Origin: Amoebophrya sp. A120
Taxonomy: Eukaryota > Protista > Dinoflagellata
Direction of reading: 5' to 3'
Length of the DNA stretch: 64,000 nt
Assembly (NCBI GenBank): GCA_905178155.1
Contig: CAJINV010000003.1
Coordinates: 3,047,714 to 3,111,713, forward strand
A program made the position numbers and the translations under genes. Below, one piece after another: positions 1-10,871 of this stretch; within the stretch, counting starts at the first letter, position 1, and each line of letters starts with the position of its first letter. Below the pieces are notes generated by a model that had not been told where the DNA came from, ran no database searches, and was given only the letters and a program-made list of their open reading frames with translations.

Positions 1-1701
1 GCGTTTTCTGACTGGTTTTGCGTTTTTGGTTTTTCGCGTGGTGAGGGAGGTGCTCCTACGACTTGACCCGTCGCGGTGCGCAAAAACCCGTCCAGACTGC
101 ATGTTTGAGGAAACCACGAGCCACCGGCGGTTGCATCGGGAGAGTCGAGCATGGCTTCGTCACCGTGAGCCCGTGGTGTAGCAGAAAGGACTGGCGAGAA
201 GACACCAACCCGTGGTGGCAGTTTCAGCAAGGAGTCCAGCGCCCGAGCGGAGCTCACGTGTGGCAAAAAATTGTGGCGCAGGAAATTCACTATTTCCTCG
301 TACTGTGGGCCGCCGCGTGGAACTTCGTAGTTAGCAGGTTCTGCAGAAGCAGGATCCACAATGCCGCGCAGACCTGTTTCATCGCGCTGGTCGTGTTCCG
401 ACGCAGCCCACGAAACCTTCCTCGTACTTGTCTCCGCTTGCACAAGGTGCTGTAAAGCAAACAGCAGCGTATCGGTCACGACCTCGTGCGCAGTCCACTC
501 TTGCTGTGTCATTGCTTGTGCAATTGTCTGCACGGCATCTAGATTACCGGCACGAATAGCGCATTGTAGCAGTGTCAGCGGTCGCTCTTGCGCGCTGCCC
601 GGTTGTTCTTCTGACGCTGTTCGAAGAAGGCTCACACCGTTCGCCAGACCGGTCTGCAGCTTATGCATAAGGTCCGACGAATCCATAGGGCGTTCTTTAC
701 CGGTGAACATCAAGTCCGAAGCCCCACACAAGGCGGTGCGCAACTCCATCTCTTCATCTGGCCGCTTCTGTTCCTCATGTAGTCCCGACTCGCGGGAGGT
801 ACCAAAAGCGTTGCTCTCATACGCGACGCTCAGTTCTAAGTGATCGCTCGGGACGAGAGAAGCCCGACCTCCCTTCGACGTGTCGGCATTTGATACCCTC
901 TGGCGCAGGGAAGTTGCCATGAACGCCGCCTTCTGCCCCTGAGCTGCAGCATGCCAGAAATTATTATCCTGACTAACATTCAGACGCAATTTACCGATTT
1001 GACTATCGATAAAGCGGGTCAGGGATATTAATGAGTCCTCCCCTGGAGAAGCACCAGAATGATCGGCCGCGTGGACGAGCGCCCGACTTCCTGCGGGTGC
1101 CGCTCGATGCAGGATGTCATACTCCACAAGCTTCTTGCGCATCGAACGCAACAAGCTCCACGTTGGCGTAGCCGCTTCTGTTTTCCACTCCAAAGCTGTC
1201 ACAGCTGCAGTGCGTGTGTCTGTCGCCTGCACCCTCACGTGAAGGATCTGTGACTCATGTGAACCACCTCCGTCGGCGAGCCGTCGCTCTATCGATTGTT
1301 GTCGCGCACGGACTCTAGCCATTTCTATGCAAGAAAAAAGCTGTGTAAGTGTGATGCAGAAAATGCAAAACAGTATACACTTCTCATGCTGCAAGTGCGT
1401 CATAGGCTACTATCATACGCGTTTTCACGTACTAGCTGCGCATGACAGGTTTTCCCTGTAACGCAAAACGAATTTGTGATGCTGCTCTTCCTACAAAGTT
1501 ACACTTACACAGTTTTTTTTTCTGGATAATTTCGGCGGCCCATTCAGTACTATTGGGTACTCCAGTACTATTTCGCATAGGATTAGGATTGCGCACGCTG
1601 CTTCGGCGGCCGCGCGTCCATTTTTGGCCAGCCGAATCGGAAAAATCCATTGCCCCAACCACTAGGCTGGTAGAAACTATGCTGACTAACACAAGTGCCA
1701 T
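1..1701 (-). CDS. Predicted secreted protein, paralogue of 9057-10871; two exons, 3' end runs off the window
   Basis: ATG at 1701 opens a hydrophobic N-terminus (MALVLVSIVSTSLVVGA). Removing 1326-1533 gives ...EWAAEMARVRARQQ... The frame continues with VQATDTRTAAVTALEWKTEAATPTWSLLR, FIDSQIGKLRL, LTLLQCAIRAGNLDAV and PQYEEIVNFL, all matching motifs in the 604-aa ORF. Confidence 0.85.
1326..1528. mobile_element. Introner family A (non-canonical intron)
   Basis: Ends TATGCAAGAAAAAAGCTGTGTAAGTGT / ACACTTACACAGTTTTTTTTTCTGGATA. ATTTC duplicated at 1321-1325 and 1529-1533. Reverse-complement homologue at 52711-52921. Confidence 0.92.
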
Positions 1702-2950
1702 CTCCTTTCGTATTATACAAAAAAAAATTAAATTACACATCGGGTGAGCAGAATGTTGTGTTTGCGTCGACGTAGACTGTTCAGCAACCACACCGTTGCC
1801 GCTCTATCCATGTGGGGTTTTGACAAGAAAGGTTTCTTCAAAAAGCGAAACTCTTCCTAAGTGTTTTCAGAAACAAAATTGATGTAGAAGACTCGTATGT
1901 CTCTGTAGCCGCGTAGACCTGATTTGTTCAACTAGCGTGGATTTTTATTCACGTGAAATAATACTCATGGAACAATTTGATCCGAGGTCCTCTCCAATCG
2001 TTGCCTTGACCTCGCGGCATGATGGACCGCACTTCCGTTTCGGTTTGATCTTTGGATCTGGATCTCCAGGTCGGTCCTTTCTTCAAGTTAGATCGACAAA
2101 GTATTTGAGACACAAACCGCCTAGGAAATCTGAGAAATTGCAATATCTTCATTAGTGTACGTCGAAGCGAAATGGATAGAGACGACTTAATTGCAACAAG
2201 ATGACGAGCAAGCAAAAGCAAAACAAGGAGAAGAATGCTCGTCATTAATTTCACTGTTCACACTCACAGGCAGCAGCAGCACAACAGAACAAAAATGCTC
2301 CACCAGATGATCATGATGTGAACCACATTCTTGCGTCTGCGTCATGGAATTCTTGTCATATTTCCTTTTTACGTTTGAGGCTCCTCATTCAACTGCACTT
2401 TTTTTCTTGTTTTGGCACTTACACATTATACATTTTATCTTGGTCTTAAATTGTACAAAGCCTAAATCGGAATCAAGGCATGAAGGTGTACAACTTGAAC
2501 AGTTTGTTCTTGTTGTGACATTGTGAAGACTACTCTGTGCAAAATAAGAAAAGGCATTGTTCGTAAAAAGTACTACTGTGCAGCTCTCCGAAAGCATTTC
2601 TTTCTAGAATTGCGATTTCAATTTTATGGTACCAAATCCGACAGTAAATCCATGCCTTCCTCTTCCGACTTGCATGTCCTTAAGTGTGGAATTTTTGCAG
2701 CCATCTAAGGTTCGGCCATGGAACGTTAGAGCCTGAGTCGAAACGCCTCACCCTTTTGTTAGTGCTTCACGCTCGCCGAGGGTGGGAAATAGAGTGCGTC
2801 ATGCAGCTCTATACATACTTGTCTTTCCTCTCCGTGTTCACTTCGCCTCGTAATATGGATAAGGCAGTTTTTGGCTTCTACTAAAACTATGCCCGTGTTG
2901 CACTTTCTGTTACTTATGGCGTTCCGCGGTCCAGGATGATGATGATGATG

Positions 2951-4435
2951 CTACGGAATGGGCTCGGCACTACGCCGTCCTTCGACGCTGAAAAATGATA
3001 TGTTTCCAAGCAATGCAGGGAGCGAGCGGCGCAGCTTTCTCAGGCTTCTCTGCACTTCGGTCCTCTCCGAGGAATCCAGCATATCGCATTGTGTTCTTGC
3101 ACGCGGTTGCAGCGAAGGCGGTTGCGGTGCTGCATAGTAGTCGCCCTCTTCGTCAGACCTCTCGTCTGCTGCATAGTAATCGACGTCCTCTTCCTCGTCA
3201 GAGCTCTCGCCCGCTTCACATGCAAGCGCCTTTCCATCGTTCTCTATCACTTGCAGTGTTATTTCCAACATGTTCCACTTTTGCACGTCATTCAGCGCTT
3301 CGAACCGGACTTCTGAAGGAAGAAGCTTGTCAAGGAACGATTTTCTTGACAGCAAGTACGCGTACGTGTCCCGATAATAGTTCGCCACGACTGTCTCAAA
3401 CTTCTCCAAAAATGCCTGGCTCTGCAACTCCTCGCTGCGGTCTTTCCTCTCGCGTAGTGCGAGCATCAGCCCTCGTCCCGCGTTTCTCGCATCTTGTTCT
3501 CCAGTCTTGCGCTGCAAGAGAGTATCAAGGAGAAAGGTCTGTAGCGAAAATCTTCTACTCCGGGTTGTTGTGGGGGGGACCACGCCATCTTTCGCGGCAA
3601 AGTGAAAGCGTGTGGCAGCCGAAATTTCCTCGTAGTTATCCAGCAACGCCTCAAGGCGTCGAGAGAGAATGTCGGTGGTGGCTTTGTGCAGGACCCGCCG
3701 TTTTTTGTTTCTCACATAATCGGCTCTGTCGTGCACCACAGCTACCCGGGACTCCGCAACTGAGCTGCTCCCGACTTCCTCTGTGGAGGGCCCTGTGAAG
3801 AAAATTGCTCCAGCCACTAGCAAAAGCGGACGCCAGTAACTGGCCAGCAAGAGAGGTATTATCGGCTCATTTTCGCGAGCTTCGTCCTTCGTGATACGAG
3901 TTACGTACGTGGTCATGATATCAGGTTTCATCAGAGAGTCGTCCTCCACATCAAGCAGGAGCATGAGAATCAACGAGTAAGAGAGGTTGCGGGTTTTGCG
4001 CGCTAGCTTCATGAGCGGCAGGAGTGTTTGGTAGTTCTCGAGCAGCTTCTTCAGACGGCGGAGCACCAAGCATGGCGGGGCAGCTGCCAATTCGGCTTGC
4101 ATTCCTGCTTCATCTTCTGGCTGCGCCAAAAGAGATAAGTGTGTCCATTCCCGAACGTGAGCTGCCACATAATTCTGCCCTGTCTCGACGTTCTGCGAGG
4201 TTCGATGGGCGAGTTCGCTGACAAGCTGATACGTTAACTCGCAGGCGGTCGGGTGTATTTTCTTTTCATGTGCCTCCAAAAGAGCAGCAAAGGGAGACGA
4301 TTTGGCTCTGTCAACTACGCCACGCTTCTCACCCGCAGCCAGCGGGTCCGTATCCTCGTGTTCAAACATTTGGAGCGCTTTCCCGAAATCGAAGATCATC
4401 TGGTCGCTATCGCTTTCATCCATCCACTCCTCCAT
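2951..4435 (-). CDS. Hypothetical protein (494 aa), possibly the C-terminal part of the 9057-10871 gene
   Basis: Long helical-looking ORF on the strand used by its neighbours. No family recognised. Confidence 0.7.
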   Translation of the reverse strand: MEEWMDESDSDQMIFDFGKALQMFEHEDTDPLAAGEKRGVVDRAKSSPFAALLEAHEKKIHPTACELTYQLVSELAHRTSQNVETGQNYVAAHVREWTHLSLLAQPEDEAGMQAELAAAPPCLVLRRLKKLLENYQTLLPLMKLARKTRNLSYSLILMLLLDVEDDSLMKPDIMTTYVTRITKDEARENEPIIPLLLASYWRPLLLVAGAIFFTGPSTEEVGSSSVAESRVAVVHDRADYVRNKKRRVLHKATTDILSRRLEALLDNYEEISAATRFHFAAKDGVVPPTTTRSRRFSLQTFLLDTLLQRKTGEQDARNAGRGLMLALRERKDRSEELQSQAFLEKFETVVANYYRDTYAYLLSRKSFLDKLLPSEVRFEALNDVQKWNMLEITLQVIENDGKALACEAGESSDEEEDVDYYAADERSDEEGDYYAAPQPPSLQPRARTQCDMLDSSERTEVQRSLRKLRRSLPALLGNISFFSVEGRRSAEPIP

Positions 4436-4796
4436 CCACGAATATCAATATCCTGAAGCGCAACTGCCAACATCCACGTCCATATAGCAATCCGGTGCAG
4501 CTGCAACCTCTCCTACGGTAGGGCCGCCGCAGATCGTCTTTGCGGTAAACAACGATTCCACCATCAAAAAGAACGGTGTTTCGCCATCCTTGGCTCGCTG
4601 TTGTCCAAGCAGTTGTCGTCGCAGCTCGTCCTCGCGAGCCTCAGAATTGGTAAAAATCTACTTAAATGTTAGCAGTAGACGCAAACGGACACTACTGCTA
4701 TGCAGGAGCACACTCATACTAGACATGGCGTCTCGTCGTGCGGACTGCATGGCTCTATCGAAACTCGACTGTGCCGCGGACGCAGCCTCCCCCCAG

Positions 4797-6331
4797 CTAC
4801 AGAGGAAGCTGGGGGCAACGCTGTCGCGGGCGACTGATCAGCTGTTCACGTTTGATATGCGAAACGCCTTTGCCTATCACGCCACGGCTGCAGGCGAAGT
4901 CTTCGTCTACAGGCGCGAAGGCTTTTGCCGCTTTTCGCGTTTTATTTTCTACGCACCGCCTATGTAGTTCGTTCAACAAGAATACTGATAGAACTCTATA
5001 CCCCTTCGTCATGGCCCCCGTGGTCAAAAAGTCGGCAAGCTTCTTGTGGCCCACTGAGCACTTCATTTTGGCCATGAACGACACCACCCGCGCGCACTCA
5101 CACATGGAACTGCCAGCCCCATGCGTGGCGCCGGGCCCGACCATCACCGCCGCTATGTGTTTCTTCTTGTGAGCGTCGGTGTTCATAATTTGCACCATGC
5201 GGCTGTGTATGGATTGCAAAAATGTCTGGGTCTGGAAGATGTCGAGATTTCTCATCCTAGATTGGCATGACTCTGAACTCTGTATTGCGTGGCCACGAAC
5301 ACCTCCTCTTGTTTGTCATGCAAAAACGACGTTTCTCATGCGGAATACGCAATAGAGTGCCACGAAAAAATCTGTCATGCTTGGCGGTGCACTACAAGGC
5401 GCTTTCTGTTCACTGCCATGCATCACAAGTTTCCAGATCCAGACCCAGACATTTTTGTATTTGATACTGTGGCAGATGTCGAGGTGCTTTCCAGCCAACT
5501 GGTGCCCCGGCTTGTCTTTCACCACGTCGACGACGTTGGACAAGGTGATGGGCGCGCAGTCGGGATCACGATACAGGTTGTGTTTCTTGTCCAGCGTCTT
5601 GTTCTCCGCGAGAGCGGCCCGGAGGACCTCGGTGTGCGCGATTCCGTGTTTCTTCAGGTACTTGCATCCTGAGTAAAAACGTCCCCACACCATAGTCAAG
5701 TTGGGGAATCGGCTAGACAAATCCACAGGCTTTGGCTGTTTCGCATGACAAATTTGGACTCGTAGTGTAGTACTGTTTGAGCTAGCTCAGCAGCATCACA
5801 GATCTAGCACACCATGCTGATTGGAGCATGACAAATTTCAAAACACGACTGGAGAATGCTTTTCATGGGGCTCCGCATGCGAAGCATTTTCAGCATGCAG
5901 CTTTGCACTAAATACAGCTATGGGGTGGGGGCGTTTTTAAATGGGGCAACTTGTCGTCCTTGGTCATCCGCGCCACATAGGTCAGGCCCGCCTTCCTGTC
6001 CTTTCCGCGGACGCAGCGGCGCGGCTTCTCGTAGAGGTAGTATCCTGTGCAAAAATATCGCACTCGTACTAATTGCATTTATGCATTACAAATCTAGTTC
6101 CTAAGGCAAATCCGCATTACAAATTGAATTTTTTAATGCTGAGCAAATTTGTATTGCAATTTATACTAGTGCGCTACTTTTGCAGTTCATAGGTAGGCGT
6201 CGGCAACGATGTAGGACAGGTTCCGCTTCTCTTCGCGGTCGAGGCCAGCCACATACGACCCCGCGACGAATCTCTCGCAAGTTTTGTTTGCGTACTTCGT
6301 CCGGACGCCGCGCAAGAACTTCTGCTGTTGT
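4797..6331 (-). CDS. Multi-exon coding fragment of unknown protein, no evident start codon
   Basis: Removing three introners gives a continuous frame: QQQKFLRGVRTKY...IVADAYLYEKPRR...MTKDDKYLKKHG...HLDICHSRMVQIMNTDAH... The 3' end is uncertain. Confidence 0.6.
5208..5466. mobile_element. Introner (non-canonical intron)
   Basis: TATGGATTGCAAAAATGTCTGGGTCTGGA / TCCAGACCCAGACATTTTTGTATTTGATA inverted ends. CTGTG at 5203-5207 and 5467-5471. Excision gives DICHSRMVQ. Confidence 0.9.
5665..5948. mobile_element. Introner family B
   Basis: Arms TAAAAACGTCCCCACACCATAG / CTATGGGGTGGGGGCGTTTTTA, outer ends degenerate. ACTTG at 5660-5664 and 5949-5953. Excision gives KDDKYLKK. Homologous to 44263-44542. 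Confidence 0.88.
6041..6191. mobile_element. Introner (non-canonical intron)
   Basis: TATCCTGTGCAAAAATATCGCACT ... AGTGCGCTACTTTTGCAGTTCATA. GGTAG at 6036-6040 and 6192-6196. Excision gives ADAYLYEK. Confidence 0.85.
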
Positions 6332-6390
6332 CCAAGCAGTTGTCGTCGCAGAGCTCGTCCTGGCGGGCCTCAGAATTGGTAATTGCATGA

Positions 6391-6503
6391 TTCACCCACC
6401 TGTGACTCACCCACCTGTGGCAACGAGGTGGGTGCCCACCTGTCGCCTGACAGGTGGGTGCATTTCGCGGGTGGGTGCCCACCTGTTGTGGTGCCCACCC
6501 GAA
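6391..6503. repeat. Cluster of direct and inverted CACCCACCTGT / ACAGGTGGGTG motifs
   Basis: The motif recurs several times in both orientations within ~110 bp. Confidence 0.8.
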
Positions 6504-6572
6504 CTGGTTCAATCAGCGGGCGCGCGCGCGGTGCCCTGGAGGGCTGACATGATGCATGGGCCCCGTCGGTCG

Positions 6573-6842
6573 GCCCTATACCAGAGTCAAAATGGGAAAT
6601 CTGCTAGACAAATCAACCGCCTTTGGTTACTTCGCATGACAAATCTGTCCTTGTATTGCAGTCGTGTTTTTAAGTAGTAGCTGAGCAGCATTACAGATCT
6701 AGCACATCATGGTGATTCTAGCATCACAAATTGCAAAACGCGACTAGATGAAAACGCTTCTCCTGGGGCTCCGCGTGAGAAACTTTGTTGCCATGCAGAT
6801 TTGCATGACAACTCTGGTGTGGGGACATTTTTAATCAGGATA
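6573..6842. mobile_element. Truncated introner family B (left terminus missing)
   Basis: Collinear with 5665-5948 and 44263-44542. Right end GTGGGGACATTTTTAATCAGGATA is intact; the left outer TIR is absent. Confidence 0.8.
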
Positions 6843-7227
6843 CGACCAATCCTGCCTTTAAGATCTGCGCTAGGCAGTCGGAGTACTCTCGGCGCGCCAC
6901 GTCGTCGGCATTGAAGGGCTTCGCACGTTCCTCTTCCGGGTCGGCGCGGAGTTTCTCCGGCAGGTCGAAGACCGTCGGGCCCATAGTAACCTTCATGGAC
7001 ACCTCTTGGGGCTGTTTCTTGCCGTTTACCACCAGGGTCGTCGACGACACTTCCTTCGTGGAGCCGCGGTCCTTCGTGGTCGTCGACGATGCGCCCGCCG
7101 GTCGCAGGATGCTTGCGGGCGTCGGGTGCAGCACGGCCCAGGACTGTGCGCATATGCCTAGCAGGCCTTTCTGGGGACTGGTAGATAACACCACTTGCTC
7201 TCCTGCATCGCCGGCGCCGTCTTTTAT
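6843..7227 (-). CDS. Coding exon fragment of unknown protein
   Basis: Protein-like frame (IKDGAGDAGEQ...PTVFDLPEKLRADPEEERAKPFNADDVARREYSDCLAQILKAG) bounded by repeat copy 3 and a family B introner end. Confidence 0.5.
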
Positions 7228-7271
7228 CCAAGCAGTTGTCGTCGCAGCTCGTCCTCGCGAGCCGCAGAATT

Positions 7272-7341
7272 GATTGGCAGCATATGTAAAAAACTCAAGA
7301 TTGGCAGAATATGTAAAAAAACTATTGGCAGCATACGTAAA
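7272..7341. repeat. Short tandem repeat, ~2.7 x 26-27 bp (ATTGGCAGCATATGTAAAAAACT)
   Basis: Directly visible, abutting repeat copy 3. Confidence 0.85.
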
Positions 7342-9056
7342 TTCGAATAGATTGATGCGGGCTGCATGCTGTCCGGAATTTTTTTTGTTCGTGCAGAACG
7401 AGCAAGTGAGTACCAGGACAAGCTGCAATGCTGCAGTTGAAGATTTTTTTTTATGTCAATCAGCCTTGCCAAGGCAGAAGAACAACTGTATGACATTTCG
7501 AATACACTTCGGAATGATAGGCACAAATAGAATCATAAGCTATGGGACAATACGAAGCGCATCACAAGAAAGGGAAACGGAAGAAGAGTAAACCTTCGAG
7601 TTCATAGCACACGGACTAGAATGAAGCTGATCAGCATTTACACCGCCGGTGACCACATGGTGCTTTCAAACAAGTGAGGGGCTGTCTTCAAGCAACCACT
7701 TATTTCTAGTACCGATGTCGATGTCCCTGGACCTGGAGTCGTTTACGTGCTTTCTTCAAAGAAACACAAGAAGGTGCTTCGCATACGTATTTATTTTTCG
7801 ACCGAGAGCTACATTGTATCTTCATCTGTTTCGCACCACCACACCATTGAATATTAAGAGTTTCTTTTATTAGTACTCCGGTTGTGCCGCCATTAAGATA
7901 AACCTTATGCCGTCTTTTATCCAAGCAGTTGTCGTCGCAGTTCGTCCTCGCGAGCCTCAGAAGACATGATTCTGACGTGGAAAAAAAAATGAAAAATCTA
8001 TTTTGGAAATTTACTGGTCACAAAGTTCTTTTCGCCGCCTATGCGCCCTGGTACAGTCGCACTTGGTTGACCTGCCGGCTGCTCCGCGCCCCTTTCCGGG
8101 GGCTGGAACAGCACCGCGTCGAGCCCCTGGCTCACTTGCGCACCCATGGTGTGATGAAATGTTTGATGACACTACGCTATTCGTCAAAGATAGACTGCAT
8201 ACACGACGCAACGGATTTCTCGCAGGCGATAGTAGCCTGGAAGTTTTTTGATTTTTGTATAAGCCCTCGGTGGACCAGTGCTTTCATCTGACATGTACTT
8301 TAACGGCCAAAGTTCCAGGTAGTGCCGCCGCTTTTCAACGCTCCAAGAGAATAGCAAGAACAGGCAGGCTCTCATTTCGGATAAGGGCGGAAAGCCAAGA
8401 TTCGTTTCCCCAATGCGCGCCGCATAGCAGTCAGTCAATCGGTGTCTACTCTTTTACAGGTTTTAATTTCAGTTCAAATTTGTTACAATCCTACAAAGTT
8501 CCGCAAGTCCGTCCTGTCGCCAACAGGGTGATACCTTTCGTCATCCAAAATTTCGCAACTTGGCCGTGAGAGTGCGAGTTTTTCTGAGCACATTGGAAAA
8601 CGAAAACGGTCAAACGTTTGCTCGCGAGGATAAGGCCCTTGGGGGCCTGGGAGGGGGGGGGTGCCTTTACAGTAAAGCCCACGGATCTTCCAGAAGGGTC
8701 AGCGTCAGTGCAATCCTGTACAGTGGGACAAAAAACGCGCAAAGTGCTATATGTCTGGCTTGTCACATAGAGCATGGGCGCCATTGACTTCGAAAATACA
8801 TATACACACCCAAAAAATCTGGAAAATCACCGATATTTCCACTCGCCCACTTTTTCTAAAATTTTTTAAATCTGAAAAAATCTTGAAATTTCTTCATTTT
8901 TTCTGTCGTTAAGTAGGGATATCACTACAGGCATGTGCCTACACTTATTCTTTGTTCCATATATTCAAAAATTTGTGACCAACACAACATTTTTTCAAAT
9001 TTTGCAATTTTGTGACTTTTTCAAAAATTGCACGTTGGTGGAAACTTCTGTTATTT

Positions 9057-10871
9057 TTATGATAAGCAATAAAGAAAAAACAGTTGTCGTCGCAGCTCGT
9101 CCTCGCGAGCCTCAGAATTGCCGTACCTCCCGCCCCGCTGGGCCTCGCGATCGAGGTAAACGTCAACCACTACCCTCGCGTACGCAGAGCGCTGCGCATA
9201 GGATAGCTCCGTGTACTGTTCCGGATCGAAAATCTTGTGCACCAAATTCTCGTCGTCTTCCACTCTGTCGCTCGTCCTGTCTGCGACAATCAATCTCGTT
9301 TCTGGCGGCTCAAGACCGCGCGTGAGGATTTCTCGCAGTATTTGCTTGTTTTCTTCGAGTTCGGGATCAATCTCAATCGAGGGTTGCGAGCTCTGCGAGT
9401 GCTCCAGCGACTGTTCCGAGCTCTGCGAGGGCTTCCAGGGAAGCAGCTTCAGAAGACCATCCGCCTGCTGTGCACCGTCTGTGATCTCGCGCTGGCCTGC
9501 GGGCCACGGCTCTTCAAGCGGAAGCGCGTCAAGAGGATTATATGTGTTATAGGTTGGCCATTTTTCCGATAGTTTTCCCGGGACAAGAAAGTTTTTCGGG
9601 CTCGCAGGTGTCTTTAAGAGGGCATCAAGTGCCCGGGCGTAGGTTAAGAGGGACGACGGGTGCTGGCTCAAAAAGCTCACAATTTCTTCGTACTGTGGAG
9701 GCGGGCGCGCGTCGTCATCATACTTGCTCCTTGAAGGTGCAAATATTTCTTCGTGGCCGCGAGGTTCTTTTTCCCGCGTTGACACTTCCTGTTGCTGTTC
9801 CTCCGCTCCTTCGGAGCTCCGATTCTTTGCCTGAACGAAAAGTCGCAAGGCGAACAGGAGCGTATGCTGTGGGGCGTCTTTCTCATGTGCGCTCCATTCT
9901 CCGGCGGTCATCAGCCGACTGAGATCCCGCACAGCGCTTAGATTGCCAGCTTGAATGGCGCAGTGCAACAGTGAAAGGTTTGGCGCTCCGCCGTACTTCG
10001 TGCTTGCTGGCCAAAGAAGACTTTCTCCACTCGCCAAGGCGTGATGCAGTTCTTTCATGGAATCGAAGGGCTGTGCGCCGCCGTACGGATGCTGCACGGA
10101 TCCACACAGGATATCGCGTACCCGGTGCTTCTGCGACGCTCGTTCTTCTCCCATGAGCAGTTGAGAGGCGCCAGACGCGGAAGCGGAACGGCTCATGATT
10201 TTCTCACTACTGTAAATGAGACCGAGGATAGCAAAACTCTGTTTTCCGCGAAACCACTGAGCGATTGGTTCCTCGAAAAGCAGTGTCGGGATTTCCAACG
10301 GTGCTCCATCACCGAGCACCAGCTGCTGCAAACGCAAAGTGCCGAGTTGCCCGTCGATGATTCGTGCCGTTGAGGATATGTTCGGAGACTTCTTTCTCCT
10401 GGACGACGAACTACGCGACGACTTTCGTGCGCGGGCGGACGACGGGCGAGGTGAAGCGTGCGTCATTAGCTCGTGGCGCAGCCTGCGCAGGAATTTCCAG
10501 ATTGGCGTCTTTGACGGTGTCTTGAACCGAAGCTCCGTCAAACCTCCCGTGCTCGCATCTGTTGCCTGTAGGTGCACCTCAATCTGGTCCACATCGATTC
10601 CTTTAGAGTCCATCTCCGCCCGCCACGAACCGCCCAAACTCTTTCTCGCAGCGCTCGCGCTATACTTCCGTAGTCGTCCACCATAGAGATGGCCAAAAAA
10701 TTTACTCGTAGGTGATGAATTCAACTTTTTTTTGCGTCCTCCGCCTCCTCCCCCTCGTCGGCCCTCCTGGTCCTTTCGCACAGATACCCGGCGCACAAAT
10801 AAGCTGCCATCATGCATGCCGCTCACCATCAAGATGGTCGAGAGCAAGATCGGTACTAGTTGCATCGTCAT
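9057..10871 (-). CDS. Predicted secreted protein (604 aa) with an ankyrin-like motif
   Basis: Signal-peptide-like start MQLVPILLSTILMVSG and ankyrin-like SLLHCAIQAGNLSAVRDL. Paralogue at 1-1701. The ORF runs into AT-rich DNA just after repeat copy 5. Confidence 0.85.
   Translation of the reverse strand: MTMQLVPILLSTILMVSGMHDGSLFVRRVSVRKDQEGRRGGGGGGRKKKLNSSPTSKFFGHLYGGRLRKYSASAARKSLGGSWRAEMDSKGIDVDQIEVHLQATDASTGGLTELRFKTPSKTPIWKFLRRLRHELMTHASPRPSSARARKSSRSSSSRRKKSPNISSTARIIDGQLGTLRLQQLVLGDGAPLEIPTLLFEEPIAQWFRGKQSFAILGLIYSSEKIMSRSASASGASQLLMGEERASQKHRVRDILCGSVQHPYGGAQPFDSMKELHHALASGESLLWPASTKYGGAPNLSLLHCAIQAGNLSAVRDLSRLMTAGEWSAHEKDAPQHTLLFALRLFVQAKNRSSEGAEEQQQEVSTREKEPRGHEEIFAPSRSKYDDDARPPPQYEEIVSFLSQHPSSLLTYARALDALLKTPASPKNFLVPGKLSEKWPTYNTYNPLDALPLEEPWPAGQREITDGAQQADGLLKLLPWKPSQSSEQSLEHSQSSQPSIEIDPELEENKQILREILTRGLEPPETRLIVADRTSDRVEDDENLVHKIFDPEQYTELSYAQRSAYARVVVDVYLDREAQRGGRYGNSEAREDELRRQLFFLYCLS

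Larger units (their letters stand above)
4597..9120. repeat. Five dispersed direct copies of a ~40-55 bp segment (core CAGTTGTCGTCGCAGCTCGTCCTCGCGAGCCTCAGAA)
   Basis: Copies at about 4597-4653, 6324-6382, 7216-7272, 7909-7962 and 9081-9120, with a few substitutions and one 2-nt insertion. Confidence 0.95.

Noticed and set aside
1949-2254. Small secreted peptide
   Set aside because: Only a hydrophobic start supports it.
4605-4653. Repeat as dinoflagellate spliced-leader relic or SMART adapter contamination
   Set aside because: No match to DinoSL (DCCGTAGCCATTTTGGCTCAAG). Resemblance to AAGCAGTGGTATCAACGCAGAGT is short and partial, and the copies have diverged from each other.
4597-9120. CRISPR array
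   Set aside because: Spacers are 0.7-1.7 kb and irregular, no cas genes are visible, the context is eukaryotic and the repeat is coding sequence.
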